Source: Podarcis tiliguerta
Taxonomy: Eukaryota
Assembly (NCBI GenBank): GCA_965153285.1
Contig: OZ229111.1
DNA length: 64,000 bases
Strand: one strand, 5' to 3'
Shown here: positions 10,376 through 22,328 of the stretch, piece by piece
Layout of the letters: the number at the start of each line of letters is the position of its first letter
Numbering within the stretch: the first letter of the stretch is position 1
Notes under the pieces: model-generated
Told to the model about the DNA's origin: nothing
The model's database searches: none
What the model saw: only the letters and a program-made list of their open reading frames with translations
Translations under genes and position numbers: made by a program

Positions 10376-11285
10376 TAATAATAAATTTTATTTATACCCC
10401 GCCCTCCCCAGCCAAAGCTGGGCTCAGGGCGGCTAACAACAATAAAAACAATCCAACATTCTAAAAACTTTTCACCATAAAATCAATCAAAAACAAATCG
10501 ATGGCAACCAGCAAGCAGGACCCTGTGCAGATTGCCAGAGGAGGGGGTCAGGCTGCGCCCTGACCAAAGGCCTGGTGGAACAGCTCTGTCTTACAGGCCC
10601 TGCGGAAAGATGTCAAGTCCCGCAGGGCCCTAGTCTCTTGTGACAGAGCGTTCCACCAGATTGGTGCCACAGCCGAGAAAGCTCTGGCTCTAGTTGAGGC
10701 CAGCCTAACCTCTCTGAGGCCTGGGACCTTCAGGATGTTTTTATTTGCAGACCGTAGGTTTCTCTGTGGGGCATACCAGGAGAGGCGGTCCCGCAGGTAC
10801 GAGGGTCCTAGGCCGTATAGGGCTTTAAAGGTTAAAACCAGCACCTTAAACCTGATCCTGTACTCCACCGGGAGCCAGGGCAGCTGGTATAGTACTGGAT
10901 GAATGTGATCTCGCACTGACGACCCCATAAGGAGTCTCGCTGCGGCATTCTGCACCCACTGGAGTTTCTGGGTCAGTCTCAAGGGCAGCCCCACGTAGAG
11001 CGAGTTACAATAATCCAGTCTGGAGGTGACCGTCGCGTGGATCACAGTGGCTAGGTCAGGGCGAGAGAGATAAGGAGCCAACTGCTTAGCTTGGCGGAGA
11101 TGAAAAAATGCCGCCTTTGTTATAGCTGTAATCAGAGCCTCCATAGAGAGGGAGGTATCGAAGATTACACCCAAACTCTTAACGGACGATGCTGGCACTA
11201 GTTGCACCCCCGCAAGAGATGGGAGTTGCCCCCTCAATCCCATATCGCCCCGTCCCAGCCAGAGGACATATGGGACCAAGAGACC
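10376..11285 (-). mobile_element. L2 LINE, 5'-truncated, relatively young
   Basis: Open ORF2 C-terminus (SRLDYCNSLYVGLP, VQNAAARLL, WLPVEYRIRFKVL), followed by a 3'UTR stem-loop and an AT-rich tail. Confidence 0.92.
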
Positions 11286-14200
11286 TCTCATGAAAGTCAG
11301 CTTTACATAAGCTTATCCAAAAATTACCTGGGAAAGCACAACTCTACCTGCACTGCTGTGCAGCATAAAACAATCATTAACCAATGAGCAACCAGGGGAA
11401 CAACTGATCTGATCTTGGTGCTACTCAGTCCAAATAATCCTATAGAATAATATTTGATCTTTAACCTCTTCTGTAATTTGGGCTATGCAAGAATGCTGGA
11501 AAATTATGACTTTCAACACTTACAAAGTATTCATAAAGCAGTTACACATAAAAAATAGGTCAATAGATTACTGAACTCTACAATATACAAGAGTTTATAG
11601 ATCTGTTTATATTTTGTTCAGCTCCTAAATGGCTGTTACATAGAGTGAATATTTGCTGCACTAGGGTGTAGTGATTGATTTCCAAAATACAAATATGTCA
11701 CAAAGAAATGTTGACCCATAGACTTCAGTCATATAAATAGATACCTGTGAGGTCAAATTCTGATCCAGAAATAAGTGTCTGTTCAGCGCAGTCCAAAATG
11801 TGTGTAGTTCTGTAGCCTAGGGCTATTCTAGAATAAGTAGAAACAATATTTGTAAAATAGTCCACACATAATTTAGATCTGCTGCATATTTTTTTGCCTC
11901 TAAGAAGCACTTCTTGAGACAATTGTTTCATTTTTCAACTAAAAAGTCATTGTGGACTGATCCTATTCGATATCGCTTTGAAAACATGTAGGCAGTTCTG
12001 GCAATGGGGGTGTATCCACTACTGCCCAATGACACAGATGGGTGTATACCAAGATCACAATCACCACTTCATCCTCCATTCACTAAGGGAATGTGCAAGG
12101 AGGAAAAGGTGTGGATAACCTACTTATTTATTTGTTAAATCCGTTAGTTGCTTTATCTTGCCCAAGGCAACCTAATGGGACTTACAAACAAAAACAAAGT
12201 CCCACATAAATAAGGCCAAGGGAAAAAACAATACGTACGTTGAAAACATGTCACCACAACCACCCATAACCTTACCAAGTGGAAGGTTTTCAAATGTGTA
12301 TCAAATAACCACACCTTGTGGTCAGCAGGATCTAGAATCAATGCAGCATGTGAGGACAAACATGAACAATTACGGGTTGAGAGAAACTATATTTTTGTGC
12401 TGCAAGTGGATTAGCGTGCTAGCAGCCTTAGAATTAGTCCTCAGAATGCTAGGTTTGTGTGAATGATTTCAAGAGAGAAATCAAGTGGCTGAATAATGTA
12501 AGCAATAAATGCCAATTTTCTTTCAACTTCAAGCTTACTCTGCCTAAATCTCAATCCTTGGCGCTAGTGTGATAATACTAAGCATTCATTTGCTGGCACA
12601 GCAAATCTGAAGATTTGGATTGCTAGTGATTCTAACACACAGTGTCAGAGCTAGGATTACAGAGGTTCCAGAAAAAGATCAGTCTCCATGTGAATTAATT
12701 TATGAAAGCTAAGAGGTCCTTTATACTGTCTTGATTAGGGTTGCTAGGGTAAGATTTTTGAGAGAGTCCTATACTTTTGATGATGAAGCCCTTCACTTAA
12801 AAACGATCTTTCTTTCTCTTGATCTTTAGGGGAGAGTGCCTGCACTTATGTGGCGAAAACGGTAGAGCCCACAAACCAAAAGGAGGTATCTGCAGACTGA
12901 GTGTAATACTGAGTTCTTAAGTACAAAACTTCTTTATAACACCCTTGCTCACCCCCACCCCTCAATAGCCCCATGAAACTGAGCACGTTCTCAGTGGGTA
13001 TGGAATACTGATGGGGGAGCACCTGGAAAACCAGACGGTGGGGGAAATGGAATGGAGTGGTTGGAGGAGACACACTGCTTTCTGCTGCAAATCAGGTTAC
13101 CTGTTTTAAAATGCTCCAGGGCTGGCCAGAAGTCAGTAGAGATACATAGGATTTCAATTTAGCTGGGATTGGGCACCAGCATGTCTATCCAACCTTGCCT
13201 CCCTCTGAAAAAACCTACCCCAAAGTATCTTGAACTTAGTTCTTAATTAGTGTGAAAACACACACACACACAGAGAGAGAGGGATTCCAAATCAAATGCG
13301 GCTCCTTGCGCATATTGCAGTTTGGAAGAGGGTGTATCTGGGGGAAGAGGTTCACACAGCCCTGCAGGGTAGTTCATACTGAATACTGGCACAGTCAGGC
13401 TGCAATGTTACTCATTGATTTTATCTTCAAAGTGCAAGGTGGGCTGAGGGCAATATAAACCTGCAGTGTAGCTTGTTGCTGGGCCTCATTCCTGAGAGTA
13501 GTTTACAGTGTCCCTGGCACTGCAGTCCACTGTTAATGTTGCAGACTACAGTAGTTTTGAAGTGGGTTTGGATTCCCACACAAAAACCCTCCATGCTTGA
13601 GTTGCAGTCAAGGTCAGACTTTCTCCCAGGCCAAGTCAAGCACTGAATTGCATTTAAAACCCTCATGCTCCATTGATTCTGGTGCAGAATGGTTTCCCTT
13701 TTAAATGTTCAAAAACAGTTTCTGCACATGGTGAAAAGCCCAGGCCAGATCAGTTACCCAGTCTTAGATACGGCTTCTATTTTTCAAGCCCTTCAGCTAC
13801 AGGTAACAAACTCCAGGGATATTGTGCAACATTTTGTTGCAAGGCCTTGTAGAAACTTAACAGTGACTCTTGTGTGTCACTCCTTGTGTGTCCAAAACTA
13901 CACTAGCCATGCACAAGAACCCTAAGGTTTGCAGAAATGTGAATAATTGTTAAGGGTAAAATTCCTTAAAGTGGCGAAATCCCCTCCCCTCAAAACAGCC
14001 TTCCAAGCCCTGAGCTTGCCAATTGTTGGAGGGAAATTGGAAAAGTTGGGATGGGAACTATTATGGACTCTTTCAAATGAGGACATGGTTGGCTAGAATC
14101 CAAAACAGGAGCACACTGGGTTCAACATGTGGAAATAGATGTATGGCAGAGTGTTTTTCCATTTATCTAGGACTGCCGTGATGGGAGAAGAGGTACTTGC

Positions 14201-14770
14201 AGCTTTTAAGGCACAGAGCTGCAGTTGGCAATTTTGGAGTTATGTATGTAGGACTCATAAATAATCTCTCACACCCTTATACTATGGAAGCTTTCAGTTA
14301 ACATTTAGGTCTGCCTCTCCTTGTAAGTTCTCCAAGGCATTAAGCATACTATCCATGTTTTTCTTAAAAATGTTTTTGTTAGTAACATGAGAATACAGGC
14401 CCCCTCAGTAAACAGTTTCCCCTACCTACCCATGTTTCACAGAGTTTTATGGGAAAACATTATTCCAAAGTTTCAAATGTGAGTCTGGTGGATGCCACTG
14501 TACTTTATGTTCCATCAGGTATGTGCTGAAAGGGTCATTTCATCCACGCTGAAATCAACCTCAGTACAGCAACACTTCTATGTGGCTGTGATTTGAACGT
14601 AGAGAATTTATGGGGCGCTCTTATGTCTCATAGGACAAGGAGGAATTAATAAGAGCCTAGAGTCCTTGCTTAACAGCCATCATCCGCACCTCATATTTTG
14701 AGGAGTTTAATAGTTTGCAAAATGTGGTTTCTTTTCTACCCTGCTTAATTGTACAGTGGTACCTCTGGTT

Positions 14771-14948
14771 GTTTTTGTCCGTGGAGTTTTCTTGGTGGGG
14801 ATACTGGAGTGGCTTGCCTGTTCCTACTCCAGGTGGATCTCGTTTAGTCAAAACTCTCCACTTTGACCTGTCCGTCTTTGGTGGTCCTGCACAGCATAGC
14901 TCATAGCTTCTCTGAGTTATTCAAGCCCCTTCGCCATGACAAGGCAGT
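14771..14948 (-). mobile_element. RTE-BovB 5'-region fragment, inverted
   Basis: Reverse complement ctgccttgtcatggcgaaggggcttg...gccactccagtatccccaccaagaaaactccacggac resembles the BovB 5' region. Confidence 0.75.
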
Positions 14949-15183
14949 ACTTTGACCACCTCATGAGAAGAGAAGACTCCCTGGAAAAGACCCTGATGTT
15001 GGGAAAGATTGAGGGCATAAGGAGAAGGGGACGACAGAGGACGAGATGGTTGGACAGTGTTCTCGAAGCTACCAACATGAGTTAACCAAACTGTGGGAGG
15101 CAGTGGAAGACAGGAGTGCCTGGCGTGCTCTTTTCCATGGGGTCCCAAAGAGTTGGAAACGACTAAATGCCTAAACAACACCA
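14947..15183 (+). mobile_element. RTE-BovB 3' end
   Basis: Encodes YFDHLMRREDSLEKTLMLGKIEGIRRRGRQRTRWLDS, then ccatggggtcccaaagagttggaaacgact and a (CAA)-like tail. 6-bp TSD CTGGTT around the whole insert. Confidence 0.9.
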
Positions 15184-16610
15184 CTGGTTACAAACTTAAT
15201 TTATTCCAGAGGTCCATTCTTAACCTGAAACCATTCTTAACCTGACGTACCACTTTAGCTAATGGGGCCTCCAACTGCCGCTGCGCCGCCACCGCGTGAT
15301 TTCTGTTCTCATCCTGAGGTAAAGTTCTTAACCCGAGGTACTACTTCCGGGTTAGCGGAGTCTGTAACCTGAGGTGTTTGTAACCCGAGGTACCACTGTA
15401 CAGTCAATGGCTCCCTGCTGCCCTTCTCCCCACCTTGGAGAACTCATGTGTATTTAATTGCATGCTATCACTATTTCTGTTTAACAAAATGTTTTGCTTG
15501 TTGAATTCTTGTCCATAAGGGGGGAAAAACGCATTGGAAAGAAAGTTCTCCTTAGGAGTTTTTTTTTTAAATTAAACATGGTAGATGATAAGGAAGTTCC
15601 ACTTGTCCTCTCAAACAGCTTTCCGAATTACTTTCCAGCTTGAAACGTTGACCCTAAAAATATTAACTATAAATTTCAATGGGGGCATCAAAATAAGTAC
15701 ATTTAGAATTATAGCAGTGCTAATAGGGAAGGGCAGTGCATGGGAATTCTAGCAAAAACAACTTCCACTGGTTCAGCTTTGAAGGGAGTTTGGAAGTAGA
15801 CAAAGGATACTTTTAATACCTTGCTGAAATGCTTTGTCCAATACTTATTTGGGCATGGCCTGTTTTGTCATGTGTAAGTTCTATAAATGCATGCTAAGAC
15901 TGTAGTCCGCTTGCCCTTGGTTTCTAACAGGTGTGGTGGAGAGACCAAGATACAAGCAGCATGTAGTATCAATAATGCTTAAATAAACATTATTTCTGCA
16001 CACTGTAGCACATTATAGCTGGAATGCAACATGGACAAAAATTAAATTGCTGAATGGTTTCAGGCGGACAGCAATAAAGTGGACAAACTGCAGGAAAAGC
16101 ACACCTAGGAAAAAGCCTGTTGTAGGCAAGAGAAAGGACTCATGTTATATGTAAGTTTGCAGGGAAGCAATACATTTGTATTCTGTTGACAAAAGATGTA
16201 CCTTGACCGCTAATGGAAATTAACCATTTTTCATATGGTAAACAGGCTGAGAAACTGCAACCTGGTTAAGATCACTTAGTTAATAAGGGTTATAACCAAG
16301 GATTCAGAAGCTCACTCTTACCCACTACTACTCTATGTTAGTGTTGGCAAACCAACAGTGTTCCTCTGACATGTTCCATTTTCTCTTTGTAGGAGTGGAA
16401 ATGTATAGGACAGATGAAAGAACAGGCTGTTTGGTCCTTCAGCAGACAGGTATTTGTTCAAATATTTCAGAAAGCTGCTTACATTTGCGTGTTTGTGTGA
16501 CAATATATAAAATCTACTGCAAAGACAGAGCTGTGTGGTTGTTTGGTTAATATATAATGGGTTAAGAAATTTTTGATTTTGATTGAATAGTTCTTTTTGA
16601 AGGCACGGGA

Positions 16611-17040
16611 CATATTGCACCGGTCCTGGCTGGACTGCAATGGCTGCCAATTAGTTTCTGGGCCCAATTCAAAGTGATGGTTTTGACCTATAAAGCCTCA
16701 AACGGCTCAGGACCGCAATACTTCAAGAACCTCCTCACAAAAATCAATCCAGACGCTGTGATAATCATGTGAGGTCCTTCTTTGTGTGCCTCCTCCACGA
16801 GAGGTCTGGAGGGTGGAAAACAAGAGCAGACCTTTTCTGTGGTGGCTCCCCATTTGTGGACTGCTCCCCCCCAGGGAGTCTTGCCTGGCTCCTTCATTAC
16901 ATACTTTAGGCACCAGGTGAAAATGTTCCTCTTCAACCTGGCTTTTGTTTGATTGCGTGTTTTGTGTCCTCATGTTGTATTTTTATGTTTTGAACCACCC
17001 TGTGATCTTCAGATGAAGGGCAGTATACAAATTAAATGAG
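16611..17040 (+). mobile_element. L2 LINE 3' fragment
   Basis: Degenerate HI.PVLA.L.WLPI..W.QFKV.VLTYKA coding remnant and tail gaaccaccctgtgatcttcagatgaagggcagtata. Confidence 0.85.
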
Positions 17041-17719
17041 GATTATTAGATTTCTAAATAAATAAACAGAAACAGAACCAATCAATAAGATAGAAAACAG
17101 GCAAACTAGTGAAGGTAAGAACACATTTGCAACGGGAATCTGCAGGCTTGATCCCTGCTGCAGTGATTACAAGAAAAGTTATAACTGAGCAAGTGTGTTT
17201 GAGCTTTGTATGGCATTTAAGGGTGAGTCAAATCCCACTGGGACCTTGGTCACCTGCATGCTCCAAGTTCAGTGTGGAATGCTTTTTAGTTTAGGAATAC
17301 AGCCTAGATTTCCCAGGATGTTTTTCTGTGGCTGAAAGCGAGCCTAGCCAGTGGTTCAGATGAGGAAAGGGTGGGCAGTTGCCTTGCATTCTAATACTTG
17401 CATCAGTTTGCACTCGCCCACTCTGAAATACTTTTAATTCTAGGGTTGGTGTCATTGGATGTTAATATTTCCTCTTTTCACTGGCCTTTTACCTATGTGA
17501 TAAGTAGGTGGCTCCCTTTGCTGGGGGACTTTAGAACAGGACGGGATCAAAATCCAGATAGGTAAGTGATGCAATGCACTTGCATCCTGTAGGGGAAAAA
17601 AGAGAGAAAAGGGAACCAAAAAAGTCAGTTTTGGGAGCAGGGTGAATTGCCAGATCAGGGGAAAAACACGTGATTTCTCTTACATTTGCCGTGTGTGTGT
17701 GTGTGTTTAAAATAAAAAA

Positions 17720-18700
17720 GGCCCCGAGGATGCACTGTGCAAATGCAGCATCTGGGGCGGTGCAAATGCACCTATGCCCACAGCTGCTGTTGCCAGGAGA
17801 CTAGTAGAGTAGCAAGCTTGGAGCGGGAGGAGGCGAGGCAAAGGGAGTGGGCTGCCGAGGCTGGAGCAAGAGCAGCAGCAGCAGCGGGGAGATCTGGGTA
17901 GGGAGTGTTCTGTTTGCTGCTGCAACGCTAAGCTCTGCTGCTGTTGCTTTAGGAGCGAGAGGAAGCAGCTCCGCGGAGGGAAGGAGGGGAGCCGACTGCA
18001 GCCATGCTGAATCACAGGCGCTGACTGATTCGGCCGGCTCGCTGCGCCCCGATCAAGGAGGACAACGGTGGGAGACGCGGCGGCGGCGTTGCCCGAGGCC
18101 AGGAGACGAGGGTGCATGCAGAGTTCAAGCTCCACTCCGGCTGCGCACAATGGACGACGAGAGGTTTGTGCGGGTCGGAGGGGAGGGAATTAAGTGTGTG
18201 TCTGCCCGCGACTGGAAGAGTGCAGGCGCCTTTGTGTTTGCGTAGGCAAGGGGTGGCAGGTTATGCCGAGCTTTCCGGTGGGCCGATCGATCCCCATGGG
18301 AGGACAGCCCTGCCGGATCCATTTAGCATCACTCCCAAAGTTAGCTGCTGCAATAACCTTCCGCGTGGCGCGGTTCATTTGCGTGCGTTTGTTTGTCGTG
18401 GCCCAAAGGATCGTCAGTTCTGCTCGCTGGCAGGCTGTCTTGTTATTTGTATTTTGGAGCTGTGTGATGTTTGCACAGTGCGAGCTCTCTCCCTCCCCTC
18501 CCCTCCCCACTCATTCATCGCGGAATCCTTCATCACTTTTCCAGATTCTCTCTCCCTTCCCTACTTCCTGCCTCCGATGGCCCTGGTTTGAAATTCTCTC
18601 TCTCTTCCTCCCTCCGTCCCTGCCTCCCTCCTTCCGCTTCTTTTCGGCGTGTTTTTCAGACTTGAAAATCGCTTTGCAAGCGGCTGACCTGGGGCGCCCT
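17720..18700 (+). promoter_or_regulatory. CpG-island promoter, exon 1 and intron-1 start of KLHL3
   Basis: GC/CpG-rich block around the start codon, with (TG)n at 17691-17706 and (GCA)n at 17872-17885. Confidence 0.8.
18150..18163 (+). CDS. KLHL3: KLHL3 coding exon 1 (MDDES)
   Basis: acaATGg Kozak context. 14 coding nt then AG|GTTTGT. Corresponds to mammalian MEGES; phase 2 fits exon 2. Confidence 0.85.
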
Positions 18701-19209
18701 GTGGTTGTGCAGTTTTAAGAGTCTTTGCTACTTGAAGGAGGCAATCGTCTTTTTGAGAGCAACCATTCCTCCTCGATCGGGCCAGGCTTTTAAATTAATT
18801 GTTTTGAGTTTAATAACCAAATAAAAGTGGCAATCCTCATAGAAATACATATCTGCTTGATAGAACTATATATCTGCTTCGTTTGCACAATAGAATACAA
18901 CTACTGTATGTGATTAAGTGAGAAGTCTGCCTTGTGAACAGCAGGCAGTAGCCCGGCCACACGTTAAGAATGCAGGAGCAGTGATTAAATTCAGGTCTGC
19001 TGGCTCCAGCTTGAACTCCGCTTTCCCTTTTAATTTATCCCTCCCCCCCTTTTTTTCAGCTGTTCTGGAATTCACTTTCTAATCCGCAGATACATGTCCG
19101 CTTCGTTCCTTGGCACAGCAATTACATAGGTGAAAGGCTAACTTGTTTGGATTTAATAAAACTAAAAAAAAAAAAAAGTACAGGAAGTGTGCTTGTGGGA
19201 GCCCAAACA

Positions 19210-19223
19210 GTTGCTATGGAAAC
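19210..19223. promoter_or_regulatory. RFX X-box motif
   Basis: GTTGCTATGGAAAC. Confidence 0.5.
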
Positions 19224-20493
19224 ATTAGAATTTTTAGTAAAGCAACACAGGGTTGATTCACACAATCTGGTCTCCTGTTGTGGCATGTTAGTAACTATTG
19301 CTTGCTGCAGTTGTTTGTTTTTTTTTTGTCACAGTTGCTGATTTGACTTATTTTGGGGTATGAGGTTGGGGGGGGGGGCTTTTGGCATGTGCAGACAGAT
19401 AATGGCTTTGCATGATCCACCTGTGGCTGCCTGATATGGAGGACATCATGTGATCGGATCATCACTGTGGTTGATCAACACAGTGATTGATCTTGTGATG
19501 TGATTCTGGTCACATGATAGACTTCCTCTCCATAAAGAAATGTAAATCACAATTATATAAGGAAAGACATGCAAAGTGAGCCAGCGTTTACAGTTTTGGT
19601 AGTAACTGCCAAAACGATACTGAGCACGCTTTTCTCGCTTTTGGTTGCTTATTTCAGATCTTTTAAATCTTAACCAGTTTGGCAGTATTTTAGACACTTA
19701 AACCAACATGAGTGTAGAACATTTACAGATCCATTGCGGAGATAATGCCTATGTCTCCTTCTAAAGCAGAGACAAAACCAGAACCACCAGTGACCTGTAA
19801 CATAGCACACGAAAAGGCAAACAGTAATAGGTACAGTACACATAATAGAAGGGCCTTGTCTTGTATTGTTCATTTACAATATCCGTGATGCTTAACGAAG
19901 ATTATAAAACATAATACTTGGAACATGGTGAGAGGGTGTAGCAGTGTTTTCCACTTTACAAAATAGAAATGTGTTTTTCCTGCATTGTGACGGGATTTGA
20001 ACTGCGTGAAACAATTATGGAAAGAATACTTAGTTTTGCTTTCTTGGAAAAACAGGATGTGCAGAGCACTTCCTCTGCACATTGTGAACTGGATGCCTTC
20101 AGAAAAGGGGGAAAAGTTGAGGCTCTGCTGCATATGGAAGCAGTAGAAACATCAGATGCAGTTCCTTCCCATAGTATAGTATGATTTAACTTGTTGCTGC
20201 TATCGGTTTGTGATGGAATGCTGCTTCAGATACTTCTTTCTAAAGGTTGAGATCCAATGCCTCCTTGAAATCAGTGGAACATCCCACTTTCATATGCCCA
20301 GAGCTGTGTCAGAGCTTGTTCCTTATGGTGTATTTTCACTGAGCTGCACTATATGTCCAAATAACTGCACCCACATGTGTTACTATGATCATGTAGACAT
20401 TTTCCATTCACTGTTGTCCTTCAGCCTCATGGAGTGTCTGTGTGCATTATTTGGAAGACCTGTGTGAATAAGCTCAGTCATGTGGTTTCAGTA

Positions 20494-20727
20494 CAGTCAT
20501 ACCTTGGAAGTCAAACGGAATCTTTTCCGGAAGTTCGTTTGACTTCCAAAACGTTGGGAAACCCAATCGCAACTTCTGATTGGCTGCAGGAAGCTCCTGC
20601 AGCCAATCAGAAGCCCCGTTCGGGTTCCAAAGAATGTTTGCAAACCAGAAAAGTCACTTCTGGGTTTGTGGCATTCGGGAGTCAAAACGTCCGAGTACCA
20701 AGGCGTTCGGGATACAAGGTACGACTG
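20494..20727. mobile_element. Tc1/mariner-type MITE with an internal 19-bp hairpin
   Basis: TA-CAGTCATACCTTG...CAAGGTACGACTG-TA. Confidence 0.85.
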
Positions 20728-22224
20728 TATTCACCTATATTTCTTTACTGTAACCTGCCCTCCCCCCCCAAAAAAAGTATAATGTTTTGTTACTGAGTGG
20801 TATCTAAATATTCTAAATAAATCCCATGTAAGTGTGGGAATGTATCACGAGGAAGCACTTTGCTCTGTTTGATACCCAGTGTTTGGGGAGGAATAAGTGA
20901 AGATTGTCAGGCTTGTAAGATGGTCTCTCTTTCCTTCAGAACTCATTTTCCTGGCATGTGCTAAAGATTGTGGTGAGATCCATCCAGGGCCTATTGCAAA
21001 ACCGTATCAGCAAAACGGTTTATTCTACCCACAGTCTACTGGTCTCTTATCCTTGGTGTCAACACACATTTATGGTATATCTGTACATCTCTCCAATAAT
21101 TGCAGAGAGAGGGAGAGAAGGGGGCTTTCGACTGTGGGCTTACTGTACACTATCAGTAGCTCAGCCTCATTCCCTGTCCACTGGTTATCTTGATGTACAC
21201 ACTTGCTCCTAGATTCTTTGAGAGCTTTGACCTCCCACTGGAGTTGCTATGAGTTTGGAATCTGAGGACTTTGCCCATTTGTTCGTGATGAGAGAAATTT
21301 GTGAGAAGGAAGCAGCTTCGTTATATACTGTATATGGGGTTTCAGAATGAGAGATGACCACATTTAATAGACTAAGTTGCAGGCAGCTGTCACAGTAGAG
21401 CCAGGAGCTGTTTCATGGGGCCATAGCTGTGGTAGCTGTGGATATATTATTAAAGATAGTTGTTCAGCAGTCTTCATAGAAATATGTATCTGCGTGGTTC
21501 ACATAAGAAGTTAGAATACAGCTATTCTTATAAAAATACGATCCTGAGCACCAAGTTCTGTGCAACCTTGGACAGCTCAGGTGATGGTTGGGCAGCACTA
21601 ACGAAACCCCCGGCCTGTTCTTAGAACACAGAGAACAAACATTTGAACAAACAGTTATTGGGGATGAGGTTCCACTTAACTTAGGGGCACTGACTTGAAG
21701 AAAAATATACATCAGGGTATTGGGGGGAGTGGACTGCATGTCAGACTTTCTTTCTGGCTTCAGCTTGTGAGAAATGAATGGTATTAGAGCCAGGAAAGGG
21801 AGTGGGATGACTGGAAGGGATGCATTCATCTCCTTTCTTGTAGTAACCGGGATGCAAAAAAGTATTGGAAAGCCCAGAGCTCCAGTCATTGCTAGTTTGC
21901 TGAAATTATTGGAGCTGAGTTCAGTTGCCTGGATGTAGGAATGACAGTGGTGGTGACGATGACTGATGATACTAGAAATGCTATAACCAATGTATGTAAT
22001 ACTGAAATTATAACCAAGGTATGTAATACTGCTAAAACATTGAATCCCTCTTGAGTAATCAGAGTGTTGCACACCCACTGTCTTGTAAACTTTAAATTCC
22101 CCTGTAAGGTGGGAAACTGAATTTTGACAGTGGAATAATTAGAGGAAGGAGGAGTGAGGATAGCAGGGGTGAACCTCCTTAATCACTTTTAACTTCTATC
22201 TTTAGATCAGTCTGAAACCCTATT

Positions 22225-22328
22225 GGGAAGCCTTCTCCAGATGTTTTGGACTACAACTTCCATCATCTCTGACAGCGGGAGTTGTCATCCACAACAACTT
22301 AATAGCATCAGGCTGTGGAAATGCTGCT
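22225..22328. mobile_element. Degenerate hAT-type palindromic MITE
   Basis: tccagatgttttggactacaacttccatcat...gggagttgt, same family as 39286-39421. Confidence 0.6.

Larger units (their letters stand above)
14754..15398. mobile_element. Tc1/mariner (pogo/Tigger-like) MITE, interrupted by a BovB insertion
   Basis: TA-CAGTGGTACCTC...GAGGTACCACTG-TA. An uninterrupted relative lies at 44216-44455. Confidence 0.88.

Noticed and set aside
10548-11291. 247-aa ORF as a host gene
   Set aside because: It is the L2 ORF2 C-terminus
14933-14945. HDV-like ribozyme P3/L3-like hairpin (GCC-UUGUCAU-GGC, minus strand) in the BovB 5' piece
   Set aside because: Some RTE elements carry such ribozymes, but the upstream strands are cut off at the inversion junction and I could not build the double pseudoknot
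17707-18718. Long ORFs over the KLHL3 CpG island
   Set aside because: GC-rich low-complexity translations; only 18150-18163 matches KLHL3
21464-22078. 204-aa minus-strand ORF in intron 1
   Set aside because: Non-ATG start, no motifs, and partly built from a short tandem duplication (tataaccaa.gtatgtaatactg)
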